A stretch of 63,037 nucleotides of DNA, filler included, from Octopus bimaculoides (GCF_001194135.2; 6 parts of 5 records of this genome joined end to end with filler, not necessarily neighbours in it); one strand, 5' to 3'. Shown: positions 36,028-48,367, numbered from the whole stretch's first letter. Notes: a model not told the origin generated them from the sequence alone. Numbers and translations: made by a program.

Positions 36028-36936
36028 ATGGAGGACGCTAATCACTTTAATACGTCTAACACATCTGTCTTTAACAATATAGATTCAGTTATACAACCAT
36101 ATTATAGCGAGAGAACTTCGCGGAATGAAACATTTACTAAACAAAAGCTACTTTACAGAAGTAATCCTGAATATCACTGTGTGGTTTGTAGGAAAGCATT
36201 CTTTTCAGAACCCGAAGTCCTCGTCCACAAAGAAATACACAAGAAAAAACCATATCACTGTGAAATGTGTGGAAAATATTTTGTCTCAAACAGGAATTTA
36301 ACAAGACACAAAAGAATACACAATGGAGAAAAACCGTTTCGTTGTGAAATATGTCCAAAATCTTTCATTGATAATTCAAATCTTGTTATCCACATACGCA
36401 GTCATACTGGAGAAAAACCCTTCCCCTGTGAAATATGTGGTAAATCATTCACTCGGAGTTCGAATCTTGTTATTCACATACGTAGTCATACTGGAGAAAA
36501 ACCTTATTACTGTGAAATATGCGGAAAATCTTTCTCTGTAAATTCTTGTCTTGTAGTTCACAAAAGAACACACACTGGAGAATACCCATATCGTTGTGAA
36601 ATATGCGAAAAATCTTTTGTCAGTAAAAGTGATTTGACAACACACAGAAGAATACACACTGGAGAAAAACCATTCCACTGTGAGATATGTGGGAAATCTT
36701 TCACTCAAAATTCAAATCTTGTTATACACAAACGTTGTCACACTGGAGAAAATCCTCATATTTGTGAAATATGTGGAAGATCTTTCACTCAGACTTCTAG
36801 TCTGGCTATCCACAAACGTAGTCACACTGGAGAAAAGCCCTATCATTGTGAAATATGTGGGAAATTATTTGTCAAAAAGAGTGGTTTAACAAGACACAAT
36901 AGAAAACAACACACCGGAGAAAAATCATCTCACTAA
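36028..36936 (+). CDS. Tandem C2H2 zinc-finger protein, 302 aa, 9 fingers
   Basis: Open frame with 9 C2H2 motifs and TGEKP-type linkers; strong acceptor ttttttttag at 36016 just before the ATG. Confidence 0.92.
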   Translation: MEDANHFNTSNTSVFNNIDSVIQPYYSERTSRNETFTKQKLLYRSNPEYHCVVCRKAFFSEPEVLVHKEIHKKKPYHCEMCGKYFVSNRNLTRHKRIHNGEKPFRCEICPKSFIDNSNLVIHIRSHTGEKPFPCEICGKSFTRSSNLVIHIRSHTGEKPYYCEICGKSFSVNSCLVVHKRTHTGEYPYRCEICEKSFVSKSDLTTHRRIHTGEKPFHCEICGKSFTQNSNLVIHKRCHTGENPHICEICGRSFTQTSSLAIHKRSHTGEKPYHCEICGKLFVKKSGLTRHNRKQHTGEKSSH

Positions 36937-37339
36937 AATATGGAGGGAATTGTTCTCTAGTAGTTCACAAGATAATACACACCATTGTGACGTGGGAAAA
37001 TCATTTGTCAAAAACCGTGATTTAAGCAGACACACAAGTAAATTCTTTATTATAATCATAAGATCGTACATAGAATTGGACATAACAGGACAGACAATTA
37101 CAAAAAGGTTATGTGAGTTCGAGTGATTCTTTTAAAAAGTTAATTATGAACAAGCGAATGATTAATGGATAAAAGCATAAGTTGCTTACTTTTGTTTTTA
37201 AATGACAAATTGTCTTACTTTTGCCTTTACACAAGAACTGTTTTGTTATTATTATTAAATAGATGGTAGAATACATTACATGGTAATAAAAGTAGCAGGT
37301 TTACAAAATTAAACCCGACAGTCCATGGTTTCTCAAGTC

Positions 37340-37750
37340 TTTTTTTCCTTTTCTTCAACGATCAAGTCGGGTTACTGACACCCATCTTTCTCGCTACATA
37401 CTTCCATCGTTTATTGTATTCACTCGGTGGCAGGGTCTTCCTCTCCAACCCTATCTTGCTCTTCAGATGGTATCTGAAGTAATATAGCAAACCGGGGCCA
37501 GAGATGAAGGTCCCTGTCACAAAACCTTCCATTCTAGTCCTCCATATACACTCTTTCAATACTGCGACTGTACAGTAAAAACAAGCCTTACCTTCCTTTG
37601 TGAGTCCAGTTGGCGGTATCATCTTTATTATAGATCCAGTCGACAACCGTACTTGACCCAGATGCGACAGCACGTGTTCTACGTAACATATCAAGCCGGA
37701 TAGTTCCTGACATTGTACAAAAGCGTGCTGAACGGTTTCATCGCGCAGCC
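37340..37750 (-). mobile_element. Tx1/L1-clade ORF2 C-terminus
   Basis: DETVQHAFVQC (zf-RVT-like end), then AVLKECIWRTR...YHLKSKIGLERK...KRW; truncated by a linker. Confidence 0.75.
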
Positions 37751-37850
37751 NNNNNNNNNNNNNNNNNNNNNNNNNNNNNNNNNNNNNNNNNNNNTTAATT
37801 AATTAANNNNNNNNNNNNNNNNNNNNNNNNNNNNNNNNNNNNNNNNNNNN
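37751..37850. other. Artificial scaffold linker
   Basis: N44-TTAATTAATTAA-N44. Confidence 0.95.
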
Positions 37851-38069
37851 GTAAATGAGAATTATGATCGCAGAATGCTGTTCAGAAAACTCATTAACGC
37901 TTTTGTTTTTCTTTTTCTATATTTCAAGATCAGTATGAATAGACCCAACGTGGCTTTTTATACTACTCTAGAAAAATTCAGAGGAATTCGAGCCTAGTTA
38001 GTACTTAGATGGGTAGCAGTCTAGGAAACCTAGGGGCTGTAAGTATTTCGCTTTGGGGCGGTTAGGAGG

Positions 38070-38692
38070 CAAATCGTTAGAACGCAGGGAAAAGTGGTTA
38101 GCGGTATTTCGTTCGTCTTTACGTTTTGAGTTCAAGTGATGCCAGGGTCGACTTTGCCTTTCATCCTTTCGGGGTTGATAAAATAAGTACCAGTTGTGTA
38201 CTAGGATCGATGTAATAGATTTAACCCTACTCCCCAAATTTCATGCCTTGTGCCTATAATAGGAAGGATTATCATTATTGTTGTTGTTGTTTTTGTTGTT
38301 GTTGTTATTTTTTAATCATGTAATGAAAAGCTCACAGTTTATTTTGCTGGGTATGATGGAAAGTGTCAGCTGTCCACAGCTGACACTTGGTTACTGGTTA
38401 TGCTTCAAGAGCCCTGCGAAGAATTCTTGCAGTTCCAAGTAATACTGATTTTTGTAGGGGTTCTACCGTCACACTTGCACAAGGCAGCGAGCTAGCAGAA
38501 TCGTAAGCACGCTGGACGAAATGCTTTGCTGTATTTCGCCCATTGCTACGTTCTGAGTTCAAATTCCGCCGCGGTCGACTTTACCTTTCATCCTTTCGGG
38601 GTCGATAACTTAAGTACCGGTGAAACATTAAGGTCGACGTAATCGACTAGTTACTCCCCCAAAATTTCAGGCCTTGTGCTTATAGTAGAAGG

Positions 38693-38763
<71 letters not shown>

Positions 38764-39110
38764 GGCAGCAAGCTGACAGAATCAGTACTGCATTAGATAA
38801 AATGCTATGCGGCATCTNNNNNNNNNNNNNNNNNNNNNNNNNNNNNNNNNNNNNNNNNNNNNNNNNNNNNNNNNNNNNNNNNNNNNNNNNNNNNNNNNNN
38901 NNNNNNNNNNNNNNNNNNNNNNNNNNNNNNNNNNNNTCTCTTCTGGCTTTACGTTCTGAATTCAAATGCTGCCAAGGTCGACCTTGCCTTTCATCCTTTC
39001 GGGATCGATAAAATGCGTAGCAGTTGAGTACTGGTGTCGAAGTAATTGACTTACCCCCTCTCCCCAAATTACTGACCTTCTGCCAAAATTTAAAACCAAT
39101 GTTATCGGGT
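38070..39110 (+). mobile_element. Cluster of three family B tRNA-derived SINEs
   Basis: Copies at ~38070-38270, 38480-38700 and 38761-39110 share gttctgagttcaaat and cctttcatcctttcggggtcgataa; (TAT)n or (TGT)n tails. Confidence 0.85.
38693..38761. repeat. (TAT)n microsatellite
   Basis: About 22 perfect units; similar tracts at 31422-31450, 54407-54515 and 54789-54840. Confidence 0.95.
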
Positions 39111-39411
39111 GAAAAAAAAGAAAGATATTTTCATGCTGTCACGTACGTCACAGATTTGGATCCTCTTCAAAATATTCAATTAATATTCCAAGTAAAAAAT
39201 GTTTCGCTTAATATTTGCCCGGGGAGCCGTGCTTTACTGTGAAGAACTAATTAATACAATCCTTGTAAGTGTTCCAGATATAGTACAGCTTAAATATTTC
39301 ATAATCTGTGATTGTGATAGTCACGTACGTCACGCGAGAAGGGATTTTTTAAATATTTTCTCTCTTATTTATCTTTTTTTTTGTTTTTGTTTTTGTTTTT
39401 GCTTGTTTCAG

Positions 39412-39586
39412 TCAAAACCCAAGATAACTACAAATGTTGAAGAAGCGAATATCCCTAAAGACACTGATGCAATGTCACGAGGCAGTTGGGACAGTAAAAT
39501 AGAATTTATCCTCGCCTGTATTGGCTATTCTGTTGGATTAGGCAATGTGTGGCGTTTCCCGTACTTAGTTTTCAAGAATGGAGGTG
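39412..39586 (+). CDS. SLC6 (sodium:neurotransmitter symporter) transporter, exon A (TM1)
   Basis: tttcag acceptor, gtaagt donor; [36 protein letters not shown]. The start codon may be ATG 39472 or lie in an unseen exon. Confidence 0.95.
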
Positions 39587-40296
39587 GTAAGTAAACGGTG
39601 GTAATAGTTTGCATAATTAAAATATATAACAAATTATGCAAATTATTATACTACTGACCAAAACTTTTTGCAACTACATATGTAAATAAAAACAAATCAT
39701 TATCGCTGATGAGGTTCAATAATACCGAAACATGACTGCGACCCTCACTATGATTACTAATAGAGATCTGATTTACCCCTAAGCGAATAAATTGATATTT
39801 TTTATCTATGAAATTAATTATTTCACTGAAATCATCTCTCCTTTCCTTTAAGAATTTAAAAATTACAGGCGCAGGAGTGTTTTCTCTTTCACCTCTCTTC
39901 CTCTCCATTTGTATAAAAGCCCAAAAGCTTCCTGTAAAATTTATTTTAAAAGCTCCTCCTGAATGGATGAAAGCGCTAAAAATAAAAAATTATCCAGAAT
40001 TCTGGCTGCCTCCTTTCTCTTAATATACAATATCTGTACATCACTTCAAACATTCTATGCATATATATATATATATATATATATANNNNNNNNNNNNNNN
40101 NNNNNNNNNNNNNNNNNNNNNNNNNNNNNNNNNNNNNNNNNNNNNNNNNNNNNNNNNNNNNNNNNNNNNNNNNNNNNNNNNNNNNNNNNNNNNNNNNNNN
40201 NNNNNNNNNNNNNNNNNNNNNNNNNNNNNNNNNNNNNNNNNNNNNNNNNNNNNNNNNNNNNNGCCATTATATTTTGATTTCTTTTCTTATTTGCAG

Positions 40297-40428
40297 GCGC
40301 ATTCCTTATACCATACTGGATTATGCAGCTTCTTGTAGGAATGCCATTGTTTTTTCTGGAGCTTTCCTTTGGTCAGTTTGCAAGCCTTGGACCGATAACC
40401 ATTTGGCGATCGATCCCTTTGTTAAAAG
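40297..40428 (+). CDS. SLC6 transporter exon B (TM2)
   Basis: ttgcag/gtacaa, phase 1 to 1; [43 protein letters not shown]. Confidence 0.95.
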
Positions 40429-41277
40429 GTACAATTGTACGTCGTTGATAAACTCAACTCTTACTAAGTCTATCATAGTATACTGTTTTGGCGCTGGAAT
40501 AATTTTTACTCGGGATGGGACATTCTTTTTTCATTTCATGATTCACGAAATACATTCTAGTATATAATATTGCTACGTGTTAAACCTGTTGAAATATTGA
40601 TATGTGTGTGCTTACATCTATGTCCTTCTGGTTTTATTTTTAATATTTCTCCCAAATGGAGAAAGAACCGTTGGTTTTTAACCCCAGAATTACTGAAATA
40701 TAGGAACGTCAGCCAGTATCGCAGGGTATTTTATCCGACTGGAATGAAACAATTGGGTACAGTTATTTGGAATAGCTCATTTGGCATGGGTGACTGCACA
40801 TTCAACCTGTTTTGGCGGCAGTTTTGACGCTAGAGACAAATGCACACGTGCGCCCGTGCTGAGATATAGTAATACAGATTAGAGCAAGAAAGAAATGAAG
40901 AGAGAGAGAGAGAAATAGAGAACGACATTACGAATTATTAATTCAACGACATCACGAATTATTAATTTATAAAACACATTCTCTCTCTTTATACACAAAG
41001 AGAAATATGCTCACAAACATAACCAGAGGGGTGGGAAAACTGGAAGGAGAGAACGGGAGAAACATTAAAATAAGTCAGCTTCTTATCAGAAACGCCAAAT
41101 AGGCAGCGCCAAAATGGCTGTGCTGAAACCTCTTTTATCCATAGCCGACAGCTCTAACGTTTCGCGAGTTCGTCACCTTGCATTACTGATTATTTTCACC
41201 AATCCACTGCTCTGCAACGCTAACAGTATCGATCATGATAATTTCCAAATAATCCAATCTTTTTTCCAATGTTTATT

Positions 41278-41437
41278 GGCTGTGTGGTAAGTAGCTTGCT
41301 TACCAACCACATGGTTCAGGGTTCAGTCCCACTGCGCGGCACCTTGGGCAAGTGTCTTCTACTATAGCCTCGGGCCGACCAAAGCCTTGTGAGTGGATTT
41401 GGTAGACGGAAACTGAAAGAAGCCCGTCGTATATATG

Positions 41438-41497
<60 letters not shown>

Positions 41498-41683
41498 TCC
41501 CCCCAACTTCGCTTGACAACCGATGCTGGTGTGTTTACGTCCCCGTAACTTAGCGGTTCGGCGAAAGAGACCGATAGAATAAGTACTAGGCTTCCAAAGA
41601 ATAAGTCCTGGGGTCGATTTGCTCGACTAAAGGCGGTGCTCCAGCATGGCCGCAGTCAAATGACTGAAACAAGTAAAAGAGAG
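41278..41683 (+). mobile_element. SINE family A, young copy in SLC6 intron
   Basis: Near-identical to 1824-2125 and to the reverse complement of 47868-48367. Confidence 0.92.
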
Positions 41684-41767
41684 TATTTTTATTTATTATT
41701 TTATATATTTATAATCTATATACTTATTATTTCATATATTTACTATTGTTTCCATTTTGTTCGGTGT

Positions 41768-41955
41768 GCTGGCACAATCGTTAGAATGCTTAGCGGAATT
41801 TTGTCCGTGCGTTCTAAATTCAAATTCCACTAAAGCTGACTTTGCTTTTCATCCTTTCGAGATCGATTAAATAAGTACCGGTTAAGTACCAGCATCGCTT
41901 AATCGACTAGCCTTTTCCTTCAAAATTGCAGGCCTTGTGCCTATCACAAAAGAAT
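41768..41955 (+). mobile_element. SINE family B in SLC6 intron
   Basis: Homologous to 38480-38700. Confidence 0.8.
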
Positions 41956-41987
41956 TTATTCAATTAATTTTTTTCTTTTCCTTTCAG

Positions 41988-42149
41988 GTTTCGGTTATGC
42001 AATGGTCCTGTGTTCATTCTTTATAACCATCTACTATAATGTCATTATCACCTACTGTTTCACATACCTTTTTGCTTCCATGACCAGCACGCTCCCATAC
42101 GCTGCCTGTAACAAAGAATATAGTTCACCGGAGTGTTTTGACGGAATCA
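41988..42149 (+). CDS. SLC6 transporter exon C (TM3, start of EL2)
   Basis: tttcag/gttaag, phase 1 to 1; FGYAMVLCSFFITIYYNVIITYCFTYLFASMTSTLPYAACNKEYSSPECFDGI. Confidence 0.93.
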
Positions 42150-42489
42150 GTTAAGTAACAAAATATATCTGCTTTCTTCATGCATTTTTCTTCTCTTTAT
42201 TTTACGTTCTCGTCTATTTTACTGTGAACCAATGAACAGACTCAGGAGAAATTTAGTTTGGTTACGAAGTCTCCAAAAAGCTCATTCTACTTCCTTAATG
42301 CTTAACTAATGTTTCTCACGCACAAAGGTACTCTTGTAGAATCAGAGTGACACAGTGTTATACAGCTAGAAGTTTGACTTACAGGAGAAATCCATTCTTT
42401 TCATTACATATTTTTGGTAATTTCTGGTGGGAAGGCTTTGGTCTTGTGCTGCAATTAAAAATCTTTCAGTCTCAGCTTTGAGTCCTGAT

Positions 42490-43260
42490 CGTCACAGCCA
42501 TTGTTAGGATTTTGCTTTGTCTATTTCTTTTCTGTTTAGTTTAACCCAGTATTTGCCATGAAAGGGCTTTTCTTGCCATCCTTTTATCATGATCCGTTGC
42601 TGTTCCAGTTTTGGTTTGGCTTTCAATTGTTTTATAGCTTTTGTTGTTTCTTCTTTTTCTTCATATTTGTTAGGTACTATGACTTCTTCTTTTTTGTATT
42701 TGTCAGCTTCCTTCAAAACTGAAAACAGTTTTTTTTTTGTTTTGTTCGTGTTTTGAAGCTATTTCTATTTGTTTTCCTTGCTTCTGAAGTAGGTATTTCT
42801 GTAGACCTGTGGTGGTTATTTTGTAATAGTTTTTAACTGTATAAGGCCTCTGTCACCTTCTATACGTTGTATATAACATTTCTATATCAGATTTTGGGTG
42901 GTGCATCCTAAATCCAGCCATAATTTTTCTTGTTTTCCTGTCTATTTTTGATTAGTTCATATACAGTCCAGTTAAAAATATTGTACCTGTAACTTATTAC
43001 TGGGACGGCTAGAGTGTTGATACCTCTTATCTTGTTTCTCGCATTGAGCTCTGATTTCAGTATTAATCTAACTCGTCTATAGTATTCTTTCATTTGCGTG
43101 TGTTGTATCGTATTTCGTTCATTGATTCTTCAGTATTTGTATGTCTGGCTTTGGTCTAATTCTCTTATTTCTTTATCTAGTGTGGTGTTGTTACACTTAA
43201 CTAGTTTTCCTCTTTTCAAGTTTGCTTTGGCACATTTTTCTAAGCCAAATTTCATGTTTA
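42490..43260 (-). mobile_element. R4/Dong-like non-LTR retrotransposon fragment
   Basis: YYRRVRLILKSELNARNKIRGINTLAVPVISY; MHHPKSDIE...GDRGL; WQEKPFHGKY. Confidence 0.8.
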
Positions 43261-43316
43261 TATCTTTGGTAAATCTATTATTATTATTTTTCCTTTTTTT
43301 TTATTATCATTCACAG

Positions 43317-43419
43317 ATAATGAAACGTTACTAAACAGAGGTGAAAATATGAATTTTTCATCAACGGAAACCGATATCATACTGAACAGAACCATAACGC
43401 CCAGCGAAGACTACTTTGT
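43317..43419 (+). CDS. SLC6 transporter exon D (EL2)
   Basis: tcacag/gtacgt, phase 1 to 2; NETLLNRGENMNFSSTETDIILNRTITPSEDYF, with three N-glycosylation sequons and an SPSEEYF-like motif. Confidence 0.88.
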
Positions 43420-43549
43420 GTACGTTAATACTCCTTTGGTCTTCCTTACTTAAGCTAAATGCCTCCCTCATATAATCCGTAGTCAACTGAGTCATTGAAG
43501 TGTCAAACTGATCTTAGATAAGGCGAAATTTGGTAGGTGTATCACTATA

Positions 43550-43985
43550 TGCGGATATTTGGGGTATGCTGTTATTTTGAAAATACCTCACGATGTGACG
43601 ACCGTGCCGTGCATGGTTATGGATTGTCCTTTGACAAGGTATGGCACCCGTTCAGCCACCCTGCCAAGGATACGGGGAAGTCATTGGACTGCAGCATGGT
43701 GGATTGTGAAGAGGTAGCAGAAGAGCTCAACTGAGCCAATGATGCTTCTTATAATGACGCTGTGTGCAGGAATCCTAGAAGATCAGCAGTCAGAGTTACT
43801 AAGATCTATCAAGAGAGTAATTGTAACACATCCATGGGGGGCGGCGTCCATGGGGGGCGGCGTCCATGGGGGGCGGCGTCCATGGTTGTGCTATCAGCTA
43901 ATAAAAGATTCGCTATGACTCGAGCTAGCAGTTCAAGTTGATAATAATAGAACTGGATAGCGAGTCGTGGGAGTCAACGAACTGC
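43550..43985. repeat. Unclassified interspersed repeat (possibly LTR-like)
   Basis: Collinear homology to 59590-59970 (gaaaatacctca, ttcagccaccctg, gctcaactgagccaa, atcagctaataaaa). Confidence 0.7.
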
Positions 43986-44275
43986 GAAAAAAATCACCGT
44001 ATTATGTTATGTTTCATCATAAGTTTGAATTTCTGCATCTTGCGAATCCATCTACAGCAGAAACAGAATAGACAGTACAGAGCAGGAATATTTGGAACAA
44101 TGTTGGACGATAATATACTGGACAGTGGGTTGGGTACAGGGACAAAGTGGACTGTAGAAGTCTGAAATACACTTGACAATAGTGTATCTATGTATGTATG
44201 TACGTATTCCATTGCTATCAATTTGTATATCTGTATTTTTCCTGTTTTTCTGATCTCTGATTATATGTCTTTCAG

Positions 44276-44408
44276 CAATAACGTCCTCAAACAGAGCAGC
44301 GGTATTGACGTCCCTGGTAACTTTCAGTGGAAGCTAACAGTAAATCTTATTTTAAGCTGGTTCGTTGTGTTTGTCGTTCTCGTCAGAGGCATCAAGTCCT
44401 TAGGCAAG
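44276..44408 (+). CDS. SLC6 transporter exon E (TM4)
   Basis: tttcag/gtattt, phase 2 to 0; NNVLKQSSGIDVPGNFQWKLTVNLILSWFVVFVVLVRGIKSLGK. Confidence 0.95.
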
Positions 44409-44780
44409 GTATTTCATTTCTCATTCCTCTCTTATGTATAACGTGTGTGTTCTACACAGTGTGTCCATGATTGTATCACCGTTCTACATTATGGGACGGG
44501 GAAGAGTAAGATGAAGAGATTTCGTTGCTATTTCTAGTAGTTCTAATGGCCATGTAAGCGTCCCTCATCAATTTGGTGTTTATCAACTAACTAGCGTGCT
44601 CGTGCCGTCAGAAATGACGGCATGAAAATTATACGGAAAATAAAATTTCCACCCCTTCCTTTCTTTCATTGCTATTACTTTCTCTCACTCCCTTTCACAC
44701 AGGACTATTACTCTCACTACTTCTCCTTCACTGAATTGCTATTTTATCTCCTCCTCCACGTCCGGCGTGATTTTGGACAA

Positions 44781-44840
<60 letters not shown>

Positions 44841-44940
44841 NNNNNNNNNNNNNNNNNNNNNNNNNNNNNNNNNNNNNNNNNNNNTTAATTAATTAANNNN
44901 NNNNNNNNNNNNNNNNNNNNNNNNNNNNNNNNNNNNNNNN
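44841..44940. other. Artificial scaffold linker
   Basis: N44-TTAATTAATTAA-N44. Confidence 0.95.
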
Positions 44941-44981
<41 letters not shown>

Positions 44982-45131
44982 GCTTCTTTCAGATTCTGTC
45001 TACCAAATCCACTTACAAAGTTTTGGTTGACCCGAGGCTGCAGTAAAAGACACTTGCAAAGGTACAACACAGTGAGACTAAACCCAGAACCATGTGATTG
45101 GTAAGCAAGCTTCCTACCACACAGCTGCACC
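44941..45131 (-). mobile_element. SINE family A, 5' half
   Basis: Reverse complement of the family A head up to the (TA)n tract. Confidence 0.8.
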
Positions 45132-46489
45132 TATATATATCGTCAACTACACTGACATTCCTCAAATTCATTATTTTCTCTTTTACTCGTTTCACACATC
45201 AGCACCATAAATCAACAGTCATTATCAAAACAACGACTCAACAGATAATCAGGTCATTTAATTTCAAAGATATATGTATGCGTGTATGGAAGGGGTAGTG
45301 TTGGAGATAAACAATAATTATGATGTTTATATCTTTCTCAATAGCATCAAAATCATAAATGATGTCAAATATTCAGTTAATTGAAAGTTTATCATTTTCA
45401 TAGAATACATTTTTTTTATTAAGATCTCAGGCAAAGAGAAATTGTGTATTGTAAGGTTTTGGTTGATGCTAAAGAATGTTTGAAAATAGTTGCAATCAGG
45501 AATTGAAACTGGATTGCATACTTAATTCATTAGCTGCACACCAAAAGATAATTTATTTGGATATTTATTTTGACATTAGCTGCAGCAGTAGTGTTAGATT
45601 TCTTTAGCATTTCTGTAATTTATCAAAATATATTTATCAAGGTCATTTAACTGAATCATGTGACAGTAACAACCAAAATATAAACTTGTGCAAAAGATGC
45701 AAATAAAATTAGCACAAATACATAAACACGCATATAGCACCACCACTACCACCTCCACCATAAATATATATATATATATTGTGTATATTATATTCACAAA
45801 CAAACAACTCACTTGAAATATTAGGAAGTCACTAGTTCCGTGTATAAAACAATTCCTTAAATGGCAAAAAGACAGACTGTAAACCACACTGCTGTGTCAA
45901 TCTCATCAAGCAAGGATTGGTTTGTGTACATGAATTTAAATGTTTATAATTTTTAAAATTAAATGAAAGGTGAATTTAATCTAAATATTTTAACTTTTTA
46001 CTTATATTTTCGTATAGAGAAAGAGCTGTAGTAACAACAGTGGTAGACTAACAACCATTTTTATTTTTTTGTTTTCACTATTTCTAGCTAAATCAGTTTT
46101 GTCCTATGAAACAGATGTATGTGAAAATGAAACCTAGCATGGCCAGCACTTATGATATTTTGGACCCCCTACAGTAGAGGTTAGTTCCTCATGTGGTGTG
46201 TGTGCATACCATGTAGATACATGATAGCATTAAAGTTGTGACAAAGCAGAAAAACACATACATTACTCATGTATAAGATGCACTCTAAAATTTAATCTTG
46301 GTACAAAATTTCTTCCCTTCATATTCAAACTTGCCTTGTGTCTGAGTCATATCCCAGTTTTTTTTCAGTTAAAGTAATGTACAAAATAGTGTGACTTATA
46401 CACAAGTAAATATGGTATCCTTATTAAAATTTCTTCTTAAATTAAAATCATTGACTAACTTTTGTTTAAATGAGGCCCACTAGGGCATA

Positions 46490-46960
46490 CTGCTCCCATA
46501 TCTGGGACAGTGTTGTTGCTAAACACAAGCATTCTGGATCTCATTTTTAGAGAGGCTACTTGGCTTTCAGTCATACTCCAGCCTCTTGTCTACAGGCTTA
46601 CTGGTCTCTATGTCTGTCTTTTCTATCACCACTATAATGGCCTCTGCTCCTCTGATCTGGCTGGACTTGTATCCCCACTCAACCCACTCATCTTTACACC
46701 TTTTGTCACCCTTGTTACCTTCCCTTCACCAGCTCTATACAAACCATTATGCTCAGTCCTTCACCCACAAAACATTGTCTCTTTGGAATCTTTTCCATGC
46801 ACATATCTTTACTGCAGATGTTAATTTGCAGTGAATGAAACATTAACGACATCAATCTCACCAGTTTTGGAGAGCCTGCAAAGATCATGAGTACTTCCCT
46901 TCCTCCAAACTCAGCGACTTTAAAAAAAGCACAAAATAAAACAACTAAGCACACCAAGAA
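46490..46960 (+). mobile_element. CR1/Jockey-group LINE 3' fragment
   Basis: YCSHIWD-like start, CLFYHHYNGLCSSDLAGLV, TNHYAQSFTHKTLSLWNL. Confidence 0.7.
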
Positions 46961-47867
46961 CTTTTATTATTCTACATATGTAGATTTAACCCTTAAAATA
47001 TTCTGACTGAAAACTGTGTGCTCATTCCATTTGCAACAACATACATGTATAAATCTGGATTCAGTTCTCTTTTCAATCATGACACATAGACTTATAAAAT
47101 TGCAATCAGTAAGAAAGTTCTATATTTTGATAAAGTCATGTATAAGAAACAGGAACAAAAAAATCATTAAATTTTGTTCTCAATTGTGACTGATGTCACT
47201 GGTTATCATTTTGTTGCTTGTTGCTCAATTTACAGTTGTATACTCTAAGTCAAAATTTTAATTTTGGGGTTCAATTTGTTCATCAACAGTATTATATACA
47301 GTTGCATTTAAGAAAATAAATTACTTATTAATTAGGAAATTGACTTTTCACTCTCTTACACAATATTACTTTTGTAGGGAGGTAAGAAAATTAATGAAAT
47401 ATTTTCAAAAGGTACAGGATGTAGAAAAGGTTGAGAAAAACAGCATCAAAGAGAAGGCTGATCTCCAACAGATTGAAGGCATTTCCTAAATACACCAGAT
47501 AAAAGAAAAATTCTCTTGAGTGTAGTTCTACCATTTTTGGGGTTGAGACTTAACGCTCTGAGTGATGTTAAGCATTCCACCCTATTTAACACCACAACTT
47601 GATCCATGAGTGCTTTTAGAGTTGTTCACTCAGTTGATGGTTAATTCTGTTAATAGTTAATTATTACTACTATCACTCAGTTGATAGTTAATTCTGTCTG
47701 TATGTCAGTCTGTCTGTATGTCAGTCTGTCTGTCTATCTATCTGCCTATCTATCTGTCTATCTGTCTATCTGTCTGTCTACCCATCCATCCATCCATCCA
47801 TCCATCCATCCATCCATCCATCCATCCATCCATCCATCTATCTATCTGTCTATCTATCTATCTATAC

Positions 47868-48367
47868 TTTTACTTACTTTTTTACTTGTTTCAGTCATTT
47901 GACTGTGGCCATGCTGGAGCACCGCCTTTAGTCGAGCAAATCGACCCCAGGACTTATTCTTTGTAAGCCTAGTACTTATTCTATCAGTCTCTTTTGCCGA
48001 ACCATTAAGTTACGGGGATGTAAACACACCAGCATCGGTTGTCAAGCGATGTTAGGGGGACAAACACAGACACACAAACATACACACAAACATACACACA
48101 CACATACATACATNNNNNNNNNNNNNNNNNNNNNNNNNNNNNNNNNNNNNNNNNNNNNNNNNNNNNNNNNNNNNNNNNNNNNATATATACATATATATAT
48201 ATATATATATGACGGGCTTCTTTCAGTTTCCATCTACCAAATCCACTCACAAGGCTTTGGTCGGCCTGAGGCTATAGTAGAAGACACTTGCCCAAGGTGC
48301 CATGCAGTGGGACTGAACCCGGAACCATGTGGTTGGTAAGCAAGCTACTTACCACACAGCCACTCCT
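47868..48367 (-). mobile_element. SINE family A
   Basis: Full-length reverse-complement copy with an internal gap. Confidence 0.9.

Noticed and set aside
37928-37998. Candidate upstream SLC6 exon with ATG 37936
   Set aside because: The only good donor (gttagt) gives phase 2, incompatible with the phase-0 exon at 39412, and the frame stops at TAG.
39199-39411. N-terminal part of ORF 39199-39594 as SLC6 coding sequence
   Set aside because: It includes a polypyrimidine tract and a strong acceptor at 39411, so it is intronic read-through.
44622-44840. Hydrophobic ORF as SLC6 TM5 exon
   Set aside because: No VVYFTATFPY-like motif and no fitting splice sites; later exons are probably beyond the linker.
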